Part shown: piece after piece, positions 37,513-49,429 of the stretch | Layout: each line of letters opens with the position of its first letter | Position numbering within the stretch: position 1 is the stretch's first letter | From: Okamejei kenojei | Taxonomy: Eukaryota | Direction of reading: 5' to 3' | Assembly (NCBI GenBank): GCA_035221665.1 | Contig: CM069138.1 | Span: 22,506,001 to 22,570,000 of the forward strand | DNA length: 64,000 nt | Translations under genes and position numbers: made by a program | The notes under the pieces: generated by a model | Database searches by the model: none | What the model was told of the DNA's origin: nothing | Seen by the model: the letters and a program-made list of their open reading frames with translations, nothing else

Positions 37513-38389
37513 TCACTCCAACCCATCTTCTCTCTTCTACTTTTCTTGTGCTCACCTCTACAGTCAGTCTGAAGAAGGGTCCTGGCCCGAAATGTCACCT
37601 ATCAATTTTCTCCAGAGTTGCTGTTGATTTACTCCAGTGTCTACCTTTGGTACAAACCAGCATCTGAATTTCCTTGTTATTTCAAATCATTAAACTCAAT
37701 TTTATTTTATATTATCTGCCAGATCTATCCCCTGCCCCCTTGTTGCCCTCCTGATATCCGTTTTAATCCTGCTCCTCAGTTCTCAAAACTCCTCCTGGGT
37801 TGCACAAGCCAACTCCCTATACCTGGCCCTTGCCTCCTCCTTCTTCCTGACAGCCTCAATTTTTCTCCTCATCCAAATTTCCTTACTCCCACCTGCCTTG
37901 CCTTTCACTCCAACTGGAATATGCAAACATTGAATTCTCATCATCACACTTTTAAAAGCCTATTCTAAACAACTTTACCAAGTTCCTGTCTGATACTAAA
38001 TTCACCTTGACCCAATTCAGAAGTGGGCAGGCCTTATCTTTTTAAACTATTTAAAAAATAATAGACCTGTGTTCGCTTGTTCTAAAAACCTCACCTAATG
38101 AGTCAGTCAATTTTATTTGTATAGCACATTTAAAAACAATTCACGTTGATCAAAGTGCTGTACATCAGTGCAGGTACTAATGTGCTACATACAATGGTAC
38201 ACAGACCTAACAACACATACATAAACTGTTTACAGCGCCCCCTCAGAGGGTCTCAAAAATGCTAGGGAGTCACTTGCCTTTCCCAATTTCCCTAATTTTC
38301 CCAATAAAAGACAAAAATGAATCAGAGAAATAGTTTTTGTTTCCACATTTGTATCTGAAAAATGTGCATGAACATCAGGGGTGACTATG

Positions 38390-38915
38390 ATGTTTGCCCT
38401 CAGTACGTCTGAAACTTGCCTCTGTGACCATCGTCGATGCATCTAGAAAGAATGATGAAAACTAATCTGATGATCTGCCCACAGTTTGAGAGAATATTTT
38501 CAGTGGTTTCCACTGCCCACTTCCCCCCGACTTCCTCTTTACACTCCACGCATTTGTGATGAAACAATCTTGTTGGGAAGTAGAAGAGGACGCAGTCACT
38601 TCTAAAACAGCAAAGGGAACATCGGGTCTGAATGAACAGAAGTCTAATCCTTGCAAATCATGTTTAACAACATGTTTGCATTGATATTCTCCACCTTGGC
38701 TCTGTTGCTCTGTGCAGTGGGTAAGTACAGTCCCAAGATGGGTCGCCCAGTCTGGGTTAGTTTCATCTGCTTTCAAGTTCGATTTACATATCATGGGACG
38801 TGATGTGTATCTACGATTTTACAGTTGAATATTTCTGTTGAAAATTTAGATGTTTTGTGTTCTTGGTTCACTGTGAGAAGGACTGAAGTGTCCTGCTCTG
38901 GAGTTCCTAGCATGC
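38390..38915 (-). pseudogene. Possible fossil THAP-domain / Harbinger transposase fragment
   Basis: DETNPDWATHLG resembles the (N/H)PDW(A/V)P.L.LG THAP C-terminus; the rest is highly degenerate. Confidence 0.4.
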
Positions 38916-38919
38916 ACGT

Positions 38920-39322
38920 ATACTGGAATTTAGAAGGATGAGAGGGAATATTGAAACGTATAAGATTATTAAGGGTTTGGACATGCCGGAGGCAGGAAAC
39001 ATGTTCCCGATGTTGGGGAGTCCAGAACCAGGGGCCACAGTTTAAGAATAAAGGGTAAGGCATTTAGAACGGAGATGAGGAAACACTTTTTCACAAAGAG
39101 AGTTAGGAGTCTGTGGAATTCTCTGTCTCAGAGGGCAGTGGAGGCTGGTTCTCTGGATATTTTCAAGAGAGAGCTAGATAGGTCTCTTAAAGATAGTGGT
39201 CAGGGGATATGGGGCGAAAGCAGGAACAGGGTACTGATTGTGGATGATCAGCCATGATCACATTGAATGGCAGTGCTGGCTCGAAGGGCCGAATGGCCTA
39301 CTCATGCACCTATTGTCTATTG
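38920..39322 (+). mobile_element. CR1 3' fragment
   Basis: MRKHFFTKRV.SLWNSL and 3'UTR/tail. Confidence 0.85.
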
Positions 39323-39899
39323 CCAATTGATACTAATTGGTTTCACTGCTTTGCTAATCGAGGTTTAGAAGTCATCTGAGGCTGTTCTGATTCATCTCTG
39401 AGCAAATTATTTGGCTGAAATATCAAAAGGATGGGAAACACGTGTACATTCACAACCCATATCTAAACGAAATGCTTTATACAAATGCAAGAAAGAGTGG
39501 AGATTAAACAGGCGGATGTAATGGAGGGAAGAAAAGTAATGAGATGTTAGAAGGGGACATAATAACGGGAAGAGAGTTTATTTTTCATATGCGGCGGAAG
39601 TGGACGAGCAATTAATTTTTACTAGCTTTAGGCACATTAATCTGTACGGAGTTTGTACATTCTCTGTGTGACCATGTGGGAGTGTTTTGGTTTCTTCCTA
39701 CACTCCAAAAACATACACGTTTGTACATTAATTGGCTTTGGTTAAATTGTCTCTAGTGTGTGGGATAATGCTAGTGTACGGGGTGAACACTGGTTGGCGC
39801 GTACTCAGTGGGCCAAAGGGATTGATTCCACGCTGTATCTCTATAGTAAAGATTCATCAGAACAGCAACAACAAGAGCACTATGTTATCTAACTAAACT

Positions 39900-40945
39900 A
39901 GATGATGATAAAGCATTGTCAAAGTATGTAAAGTAACCACAGTCGTGCAAAGTCTGTTCAGTGCTGAGATAGGGTTGTGTTTAGAGTGTACAAATTAATT
40001 CAATTACCTGTTGGTTAATTCGAAAAAGCTGTTCTTGAACCTGGAGGTAACAGTTCTCAGGCTCCAGCACCTGCTTCCCGATCTTAGCAGTGAGAAGAGA
40101 GCGTGGGCTGGATGGTGTGGGTCTTGACAATATCAGCTGTCTTCTTGAGGCAGCGCTTCCTGTACATCCCTACGATGGTGTGGAGGTCAGTGTCGATGAT
40201 GGACTGGGCAATGTCCGCTGCTTTTTGTTGCCTCCTTCAATCTGAGCATTCAAATTTTTGAACGAGGCCATGACGCAACCAGCTAGTAACCTGTCCACTG
40301 TACAATTGCGGAGGTTTGATAGAGTACTGGGCAACGTGCCAAATCTCCTCAAGCCTCTGAGGAAGTAGAAGCATTGGTGAGCTTTCTTTGTGATTGTGCG
40401 CTGTGCCCACGGCAGGCCATCAGAGATGTGAAAGCCCAGGAACATGAAGCCTTTAACTCTTTCTCCATTGCCATTCCACCAACATGGACAGGTGCATAGT
40501 CCCTCGGCTTTCCCTTCCTGAAGTCAATAACCTGTTCCTTTTTCTTGCTGATGCTGAGAGCAAAATTCTTGTTCTGACACCACTCCACTAAATTATCGAT
40601 CTTCCTCCAGTACCCTGACTCAGCATTAGCCATTACTCATCCATGGATGGTGGTATCATTGGAGAATTTAAAGATGGCTTTGGAGCTGCGTCTGGCTACA
40701 CAGTCACGGATACACAGAGGGTGGATCAGGGGTTTGAACACACAGCTTTGAGATGCCCCTGTGCTGATGGTCAGGGAGGCAGAGATAGTGTTGCCAATAC
40801 ATACAGACTGAGGTCCGCCAATGGGGAAATCGAACAACCAGTTGAATAGTTTTGAGCAGTGACCCAGATCCCTGAGTTTGGACAGGATAATGGTGTTGAA
40901 CGCTGTGCCTCAGTCAATGAACAATAGCCTGATGTATATGTTTCT
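39900..40945 (-). mobile_element. Rex1/Babar LINE RT fragment
   Basis: QSVCIG..ISTGASQ, IFKFSNDTT, FLGFHIS..KKAHQ..FLR.LRRFG. Confidence 0.85.
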
Positions 40946-43524
40946 ATTAAAAGCATGTGTGAAGAAAGTTACGACAAAAGATTTTATTATCTATAAGGAG
41001 AGGAGAAAATTACCCAGGGGGAACTATTCATCCAACAAAGGGATACAGGCAAAAGACTGCAGAGGCAGGAAGGAAAATAACACAAACGCCAGGAACACCC
41101 AGAGGCTCAGAGCAGCGGGTGGGGAGAGAAACCAAGTTAGTTTCATGCAGGTGAACATTCATCAGATTCAATAAGGTCAAGCCCAGGCAAGATTTTCAAA
41201 TAGATCATGGAAATTACAGATCATGGGGAAATAAAATCTGTATTCCACAACATAAACTGACAAAAGTGGAGAGTCATCGAGTCATACAGCCCTAACTAAG
41301 CTGGTCCCATTTTCCCATGTTTGCTCACATCCCTCGAACACTTTCCTATCAATGTATCTGTCCAAATGTCTTTTAAATGTTGAATTGTACTTCCTCAAAA
41401 TGCTTCATATAGCAAACACCATCTATTTCTCCTCTAGTTTCTTTACATTTTTCCCCTCTCACTTTAAGACTGTGAATTCATCCTATCGATGTCCCTCGTG
41501 ATTTTAGAAACCACTATAAGATCACCCCTCAGTCACCTGTGCTTCAGGGAAAAAATTCCCAGCTTACCTAACCTCTCCCTCTAACTGAGTCTCTCGAGTC
41601 CTGGCAACCTCCTTGCAAATAATTTCTGCACTTTTTCCAGCTTAATGTAAATTATCAAATAAATTATTTGGAAAAAACATTGAGACTCAAACAACTACCC
41701 AAGACCTGATCCTTTCCCACCCAGGTCAGAGGGCGGTGGAGGCAGATTGTCTGGATGCTTTCAAGAGAGAGCTAGATAGGGCTCTTAAAAATAGCGGAGT
41801 TGGGGGATATCATTCATGAGCATATTGAATGGCGGTGCAGGCTCAAAGGGCCGAATGGCCTACTCCTGCACTTATTTTCTATGTTCCTATATGGGGAGAA
41901 GGCAGGAACGGGGTACTGATTGGGGATGATCAGCCATGATCACATTGAATGGCGGTGCTGGCTTGAAGGGCCGAATGGCCTACTCCTGCACCTATTGTCT
42001 ATTGTCTATTGTCTATATAAAGAAGTAAGCCAGCAAGCTGCAGACACATTATAATTTCTGCATTCGGTAATTATACCCCTGGGTTGGAAAATGAAAATGG
42101 CCCAGTGTAATTGTTGCAATATCCTTCCTATTGTGCATAAACCTCTTTCAATAAAGACTAACAACACATTCCTCTGTTAACCACTCACTGCCATTGTGTG
42201 TTTGCTTTCAGTAACTGATCTTTTCTAATCAACATTTCCCATTCCACGAAAATCAAGATACTGCTGATTCTGCAAATGAACCAAAACCTCAAAATTCAGG
42301 AAATACCCAGCAGGTCAGACAGCATCTGTGGAAAGGGAAATGGGACACATTTCTGATCTGCGATCCTATGTCGGAATAGTGAAAGATTAAAGTTAATAGC
42401 AAGGAACTGCAGATGCTGATTTATACCAAAGACAGACACAAAGGTGTGGAATCAGTCAGGGTTGAATCTAACAAGCAGCAAGTGTCAGAAGACCTTGGTG
42501 GGAGTTGTCTTTTGGCACCCAAACTGTTGCAGTAATGGAAAGAAGGGCATGAAACAGGAAAATAGAGATACACTGAAAAATTGACACTGCAGGAATAATG
42601 TACAACTTTCATATGTACAGAGACTTTTGTGGGGGATGAATGCGTTCCAGGCCCATACTACTTTCTGTGTAAAAAACTTGCCCCGCACATTACATTCAAC
42701 CTCCCAAAATACAACACATCACACTTGCTAGGGTTAAATTCCATCTGCCATATCTCTGCCCATATGCTGCTGATCAATGTTTCCCTGTATCTTCTGACAG
42801 CATTCCTTGCTGTCTGCAATTCCTCCAATTTTGGTGAAATCTGTAAGCCTACTCACCAACCCATATACAATTACATGTTGGTCATTTACACGTATATACA
42901 TCACAAATAGCAGAGGTCCCTGTACAGATCCTGCTGCACTCCACTGGTCAAATAACTCCAGCCAGAATATCTACCTTTCACCACAACTCCCTGTCTTCCA
43001 TAAATAAGCTATTTCTAACTGATGGAAGTATGGCCTTGGCGCTACCCCACAGATGCTTCAGTCACTTGCCCTGTCTCATTTCTCAATAAGCGTTCTATTG
43101 TTGACAATTTGTGTTATAGTAGTGGGGGATTTAAATTTCTCTCATATTGACAGAGAGTGCTTTGGTGCAAAGGGTTTAAATAGGGAAGAATTGGTAAAAT
43201 GAACCCAGTACAGATTTTTCAGCCAATACATAGATAGTCCTATAAGCTGTACTGGACATAATCTTGGGAAATAAGGCTGGGAAAATGGTAGAAGTGCCCC
43301 TGGGGCATGGAGGCACAAGAGATGGCAGATACTGGAAAGTGGAGCAATAAGCAAAATGCAGGAGGAACCCAGAGGGTCAGGCAGTCTCAGAGAAGGGACA
43401 TTGACAGTTAAAGTTTTGAGTCCAGACTGGTGCACAAATGCTGCCTGACAGGCTGTATTCTTCCAGCAATTTTGCTTTTTATTAATGAATCATGTTGGAG
43501 TTAGGTGTAATTTTGCTTTAAGTT

Positions 43525-44831
43525 TCATCCATTCCCTACACATTAGGGGCAATTTACAGAGGCCATCTAATCAACAAACCTACACATCTTTGGGGTGTGA
43601 AAGTGAACCCGGAGGAAACCCATGTGGTCTCTAGGAGAACCTGCAAATTCCACGCATAGGTGTGGTCTTCCGGAAGTGGCGGCGCTACCTGGCAGCTGCG
43701 GCTCACCTGCAGTCCGTCTGTTTTTTATTTTCTTTTTGTGTTTGTTTTAGTTAGAATTTTGGTTATTAGGCTGTGTATGTGTGTGTGGGGGGGGGGGAGA
43801 GAAACAGAGTTTTAGTCTCGGGGGGGGTGCGACTTTTCTTGTCGTGTCCCCCATCACTGTCTCCGTCTGTGCTGAGGCCTGATGGCGGAGCTTGCCACCT
43901 AGGAGCTATGGCGGCGTTCCAGCTTCCAGCGGTGGCGGGGGCTTCAGAGCTGTGGTGCTCCAGCGGCGACCCGGCTTCAGAGCTGCGGTGCTCCAGCGGC
44001 AGAGGCGGCGGCATCAGGAGCTGCGGTGCTCCAGCGGCGGCAGCGGCTTCAGAGCTGCGGTGCTCCAGCGGCGACCCGGCTTCAGAGCTGCGGTGCTCCA
44101 GCGGCGGCGTCGGCTTCAGAGCTGCAGTGCTCCAGCGGCGGCGGCAGCTTCAGAGCTGCGGTGCTCCAGCGGCGACCCGGCTTCAGAGCTGCGGTGCTCC
44201 AGCGGCAGCAGCGGCTTCAGAGCTGTGGTGCGCCAGTGGCGGCGGCGGCAGCTTCAGAGCTGCGGTGCTCCAGCGCCGGCGCGGCTTCAGAGCTGCGGTG
44301 CTCCTGCGGCGGTGGCATCAGAGCTGTGGTGCTCCAGCGGTGGCACGGCTTCAGAGCTGTGGTGCTCCAGCGGCGGCGGCTTCAGAGCTGCAGTTCTCCA
44401 GTGGTGGCGTTCCAGCGGCGACCTGGCTTCAGAGCTGCGGGGCTCCAGCGTTCCAGCGGCGGACCCTGCTTCAGAGCGGCGGCGGCAGCCCGGCGTCGGA
44501 GGCTTGGCCGCGGGCCTAGTGGACGATAACATCGGATGCCTGGATCGCCTCAGCACAAAGGGCGATCAAGGAGGGAAGAAGACAAAGACTTTAAGACTTT
44601 TGCCTTCCACCAATGTGAGGAGGTGCTGTGGTAGATGTTAAATATGTGTTTATTGTGTGTTTTGTTTTTTATTATATGTTATGACTGCAAGGTAACGAAA
44701 TTACGTTCAGACCGAAAGGTCTGAATGACAATAAAGGAAATTCAATTCAATTCAAACATAACCGGAGATCAGGATTGAACTCATGCCTCTGGCTCTGTGA
44801 GGCAGCGCCTCTACCAGCTATACCACTGTGC
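43525..44831 (-). mobile_element. tRNA-derived SINE split by the 43661-44755 insertion
   Basis: SINE body at 43525-43660 continues into the tRNA head at 44756-44831. Confidence 0.7.
43661..44755 (+). mobile_element. GC-rich non-autonomous retroelement with internal minisatellite
   Basis: 5' ccggaagtggcggc; about 31-bp repeat gcttcagagctgcggtgctccagcggc (43930-44480); 3' hairpin ttcagacc-gaaa-ggtctgaa, aataaa, (ttcaa)n. Confidence 0.8.
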
Positions 44832-45424
44832 ATCACATTCAATAAGATAAAGGGAAGCATTTATCGGACATAGGCATATGAAAACAGAAGAGACCCTTGA
44901 ATGTTGAGAGTGCTAAAGAGTACTTTAAAAATAAATTCGGATGGAACAGATGGATGAGAAAATATTACTGGCAGTCAAAAATAAGGAGAATCCCAAGGAT
45001 GTACAATTGTACACGTGTAAGAGGGTAACCAGGGAAAGAGTAGGAGACAGGGAATGTGAGGGGTATTGCTAAATCTGTTGGCAGATGCTTTGAAGTGTTG
45101 TATCTTCTGCCTGACAGGAGAGGGGAGAAGAAGGAATGACAGGAGTGTGAATCGTCTTTGATTATGTTAATTGTTTTTCTGAGGCATCGTGCAGTGCAGA
45201 TGGAGTCAATACAGAAGAGGCTGTTCTGTGTGGTGGAATGAGCTGCATTCACAACTCTGCAATTTCTTGTGGTCTTGGGTAGAGCAGTTCCCAAACTAGG
45301 CTGTGATGTATCCCATTGGGATGCTTTCTGCTGTGCATGTGTAGACGTTGGTAAGAGTTGTTGGAGATATGCTGAATTTCCTTAGTTGTCTTTATCTGAA
45401 TCTGCAACAGAATCTTACATATTA

Positions 45425-46432
45425 ACGTGTCCCTTTCAGAATGGCAGGCAGAATGGCAGGGACCACTAGTGGGGTGTCGCAAGGCTCGGTGCTGCGATCA
45501 CAGCTATTTACAATATACTTTAAGGATTTAGATGAAGAGATTAAAAGTAACATTTGCAGATGACACAAAAGTTGGGAGGCAGTGTGAACTGTGAGGAGGA
45601 TGCTATGACGATGCAGGGAGACTTGGACAGGCTGGGTGAGTTGGCAGATGCATGGCAGATGCAGTTTAATGTGGAGAAATTTAGATTTTATCTACTTTGG
45701 TGGCAAGAGCAGGAAGGCAGATTATTATCTGAATATCAAGTTAGGAAAAGGGAAAGTGCAATGAGATCTGGGTGTCCTTATTCAGCAGCCGCTGAATGCA
45801 GGTACAGCAGGCAGTGAAGAAAGTGAATGACATGTTGGCCGTCATAACACGAGGAGTTGTGTAAAGAAGCAAAGAGGTTCTACAGCTGTACAGGGCCAGT
45901 ATACTGTTATGTGCAGTTTTGGTCTCCAAATTTGAGGAAAGACATTCTTGCTATTGAGGGGGTATAGCGGGGGTTCACAAGGATAATTCCCGTGATGGCG
46001 AGTGTCATATGTTGAAATAATGGAGCGACTGGGTTTGCATACACTGGAATTTAGAAGGATAAGAGGGGGTCTCATTAAAACATATAAGATTATTAAGGGA
46101 TTGGACATTCTAGAGGCAGGAAACATGTTTCTGATGTTGGGGGAGTCCAGAACCAGGGGCCATATTTTAAGAATAAGGGGTAGGCCATTTAAAGCGGAGA
46201 TGAGGAAAAACTTTCTCACACAGAGAGTTACGAATCAGTGGAATTCTCTGCCTCAGAAGGCAGTGGAGGCCAATTCTCTGGATGCTTTCAAGAGAAAGTT
46301 AGATAGAGCTCTTAAAGATAGCAGAGTCAAGGGATATGGGGAGAAGGCAGGAAAGGGGTACGAATTGTGGATGATCACAGTGAATGGCGGTGCTGGCCCG
46401 AAGGTCCGAATGGCCTGCTCCTGCACCTATTA
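45425..46432 (+). mobile_element. CR1 LINE 3' portion, degenerate
   Basis: RT C-terminal peptides (LGLHTLEFRRIRGGLIKTYKII) and 3'UTR. Confidence 0.9.
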
Positions 46433-46683
46433 TCTCTTGTTTATTGTCTCTTGTCTATACTAAATGAATGTTACTAGAAATACTAGCTTTGTTCCTAATA
46501 TACTGCTCAGTTTAACACAGTTACAGCCAACAAACACTTACATAGGACAGGATTTATCCATTGACATTCAGTGTTTGTACTTCTGTGCAGTTGCTTTTAC
46601 CAAAACGATTGTTGGTCATTTCAGTGCTGAGTGGAAGAGTGGAGCTCAGATGAAAAGAAAATGAGTACAAATTGGGAAAGAAT

Positions 46684-46746
46684 ATGCAGAATATTCATAA
46701 ATGTCCATGCGGCCTTTTGTTTCAAATTATTATAATTATTTTTCAG
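46684..46746 (+). other. Candidate leader (signal peptide) exon of the V gene, phase-discordant as assembled
   Basis: ATG..MQNIHKCPCGLLFQIIIIIFQ followed by GTAATC; the intron would be only 40 nt and one base off phase. Confidence 0.35.
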
Positions 46747-46786
46747 GTAATCATCTGTTCTGATCTTTGGTTGTTATAACCCACAG

Positions 46787-47137
46787 GTCTAAAAACAAAC
46801 CTGATCATGATCCAATCTCCAGGAGCTCTGGTAGTGCGTGAAGGTGAAACAGTGGAGATGCGGTGTGCCCTGAATAGCACTGACGTGCATAACACTGTGA
46901 ACAAATTTGACATTCACTGGTACAACTCACGTAATGGAAGAAGGAAACTTAGTCTTTATGTGAATGGCCAAACTTACAGGTCACCGGGCTTCTCCGAGCG
47001 ATTTCAGCTTTCCAGGGATGACACCAATAACAGCTACTCACTGACCATCAGAGAGGTGGTGATTGCCGACTCTGCTGATTACATCTGTGGCCTTTGGGGG
47101 CAGAAATTTGGAAATGGAACCCAGCTGAATGTAACCA
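46787..47137 (+). CDS. Germline-joined (non-rearranging) V-J type Ig-superfamily exon, antigen-receptor-like
   Basis: Phase-1/phase-1 exon (ccacag| ... acca|gtgagt); IQSP, B-strand Cys (MRC), C-strand Trp (IHWY), RF, YSLTI, D.ADYIC, J motif FGNGTQLNVT; no stop codon and no RSS between V and J. Confidence 0.9.
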
Positions 47138-47259
47138 GTGAGTATTTATCTTGGTTTTATTTCCAATCCTAACATAATGAGGAATCATGATGCCATGTTG
47201 TCAGTTTTACAGAGACAGACATCATTAGAAGTTAACTAAGAAAGGATTCATACAATGTA

Positions 47260-47298
47260 TGGAAATATTTCAAAATGGAACCCAGCTGAATGTAACCA
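47260..47298 (+). other. Second J-like segment (EIFQNGTQLNVT) with GTAAGT donor
   Basis: aaatggaacccagctgaatgtaaccagt is identical to the end of the V-J exon; similarity continues about 30 nt into the intron. Confidence 0.8.
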
Positions 47299-48269
47299 GT
47301 AAGTACTTGATATTGGTTCTATTTCCCCCACCGTAAAACTATGCCTTCTATTTCTTGATTCCCAAACCCTTAGAATAACTTTCACACTATTTACACCCTC
47401 ATGATTTGACACGTTTATAAGATCACCTCTGAGCTTCCTATACTCCAAGGAATAAAGTCCTAGCCTCTCCAGATAACTCTATCCCTCGAGCACTGGCAAC
47501 ATTCTCAGTAATCTTTTCAGCACTGTCTCCAGCTGAATCCTTCCCAGAGGAGGGTGACCAAAACTGAACACATTATTCAAAGTACAGCCTCTACCGCACC
47601 ATATATATTGATGATATAAAGACTCTTCTTTACAATATACATCAATGATTTGGATGAAGGGATTCAAAGTAACATTAGCTTTACAAATATACAAATGACA
47701 CAAAGCTGGGTGGCAGTGTGAACTGTGAGGAGGATGCTATGAGAATGCAGGGTGATTTTACTACGGAGTCACGTGAGTGACTACGTGGAGAACCCCGTCC
47801 AGCCGCACGTGCGTCATTACGTCAGCCGCATTGGTGCCGGTTGGAGCAGCAGAGCTCCTCCAAGCGGTAAGTTTAAAACACAAGGTAAGTTTGAAACTTT
47901 TCTTGTGCTCACTTTCTGCGTTGGCGGTAACGTTCAGACTGTTATAAATAAAGGTGACGGCGAGGCGATCCGGGGGAAAAAGGTTGGAGGACCGCGAGAG
48001 TGCGGTTAGCGGATGACCGCCTAGGTCACCAAGTCCGTCGCCAGCAAGGGAGCTAGCAACACCGGATCTGCTGCCTGTGAGCAGTGTAGCCACGCCGGTA
48101 GGGCGCAAGGCTACTTCGAAATCTAATAGGCCCATTGACCCAGAGTTGGGCCTGGAGGTTTTACCTCCACAAGGAGAGACCATTTGCTCACGGCTCTCCC
48201 AGATCAAGATCTTATTGCACAAGATGCTTGATAGGGACATACTCCGGGAGGAGGATGAGAAATGATGAG

Positions 48270-48523
48270 AGAATGATGAGAAAATCATTTTTCACACAGA
48301 GAGTGGTGAATCTGTAAATTCTCTGCCACAGAAGGTAGTTGAGGCCAGTTCATTGGCTATATTTAAGAGGGAGTTAGATGTGGCCCTTGTGGCTAAAGGG
48401 ATCAAGGGGTATGGAGAGAAGGCAGGTACTGAGTTGGATGATCAGTCATGATCTTATTGAATGGCGGTGCAGGCTCGAAGGGCCAAATGGCCTATTCCTG
48501 CACCTATTTTCTACGATTCTATG
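48270..48523 (+). mobile_element. CR1 3' end nested in DIRS ORF1
   Basis: MRKSFFTQRVVNL plus the CR1 3'UTR. Confidence 0.85.
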
Positions 48524-49429
48524 ACTCTAGGAGTGGTGCCCATGCCAGGCTATTGGAGAGCCTGTGCTAGCAGCGCCTGGAATAGGGCTGCATGACTACC
48601 CATCCTTTGAAGAGGAGGGTATACTGGTTCAGCAATACACTGATGCTGAATCAGTGGCTGGCAGAGTCACAAGGGAGTGGAACTAGAGCTAATTCCAAAT
48701 GTAGCTGAAAAGTTTGCAGTCCCCAGAGAAGCAGGGGAGCCATTAGGGGAAGAATTGGCAGCAGCTATTCAATACATGCTCTCCCATCAGCTTCAAGAGC
48801 TGGCAATGGATGAGGCGGCCAAAAAGTTTGAAGCCCCAATTAATTGTGATTTGTTAAAAGTCCCAATAGTGAACCATCTTATATAGACACAGTTGGGGGT
48901 TTCAGCAAGGGCGCAGGAGTTGTAATTTCAAAAAGTACTCAAATTGCTCTCAGCAGGGCGCACTGCGTTTGCTACAACTGTAGACAAGGGGCACATGACA
49001 GAAGCCCATCAGGATGCACTGGGACTCCTGTGCAGTGCATTCTTTGAAATAAATAATATAAGGAGGAGTGCTATATGCCCAGTCATTAACCCAAAACTTG
49101 CATCACTGTGCAAGCCAAGCAGCGTCACAACCGCCTAACCATTTGTTTGGGGAGAATCTCGCTAAGCAAGTTAAAGAACTGCATGAGGACGCAAAAACCA
49201 TAGGCCTCACAAAGACAAGTGGCAAACCAGGCAAGGGGGTTTTTCCTTATCGACGGGGTACCTTCATAGATGCTGGGGAATGGACGAGCCACTCAATCTC
49301 ACACACTCGGAGCTGTCAGCCTGCCACAGGCACGAGGGGAAGGACGAATTTCCCTACCGTGGGATAACAAACGCAGTCAGGACATGTGTAGGTGAGAGAA
49401 TTTGCTCCTAAGCAATACAAATTAAGTGA

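Noticed and set aside
43766-44641. Long ORFs of 167-249 aa in several frames
   Set aside because: Translations of a stop-free GC-rich minisatellite inside a non-autonomous retroelement.
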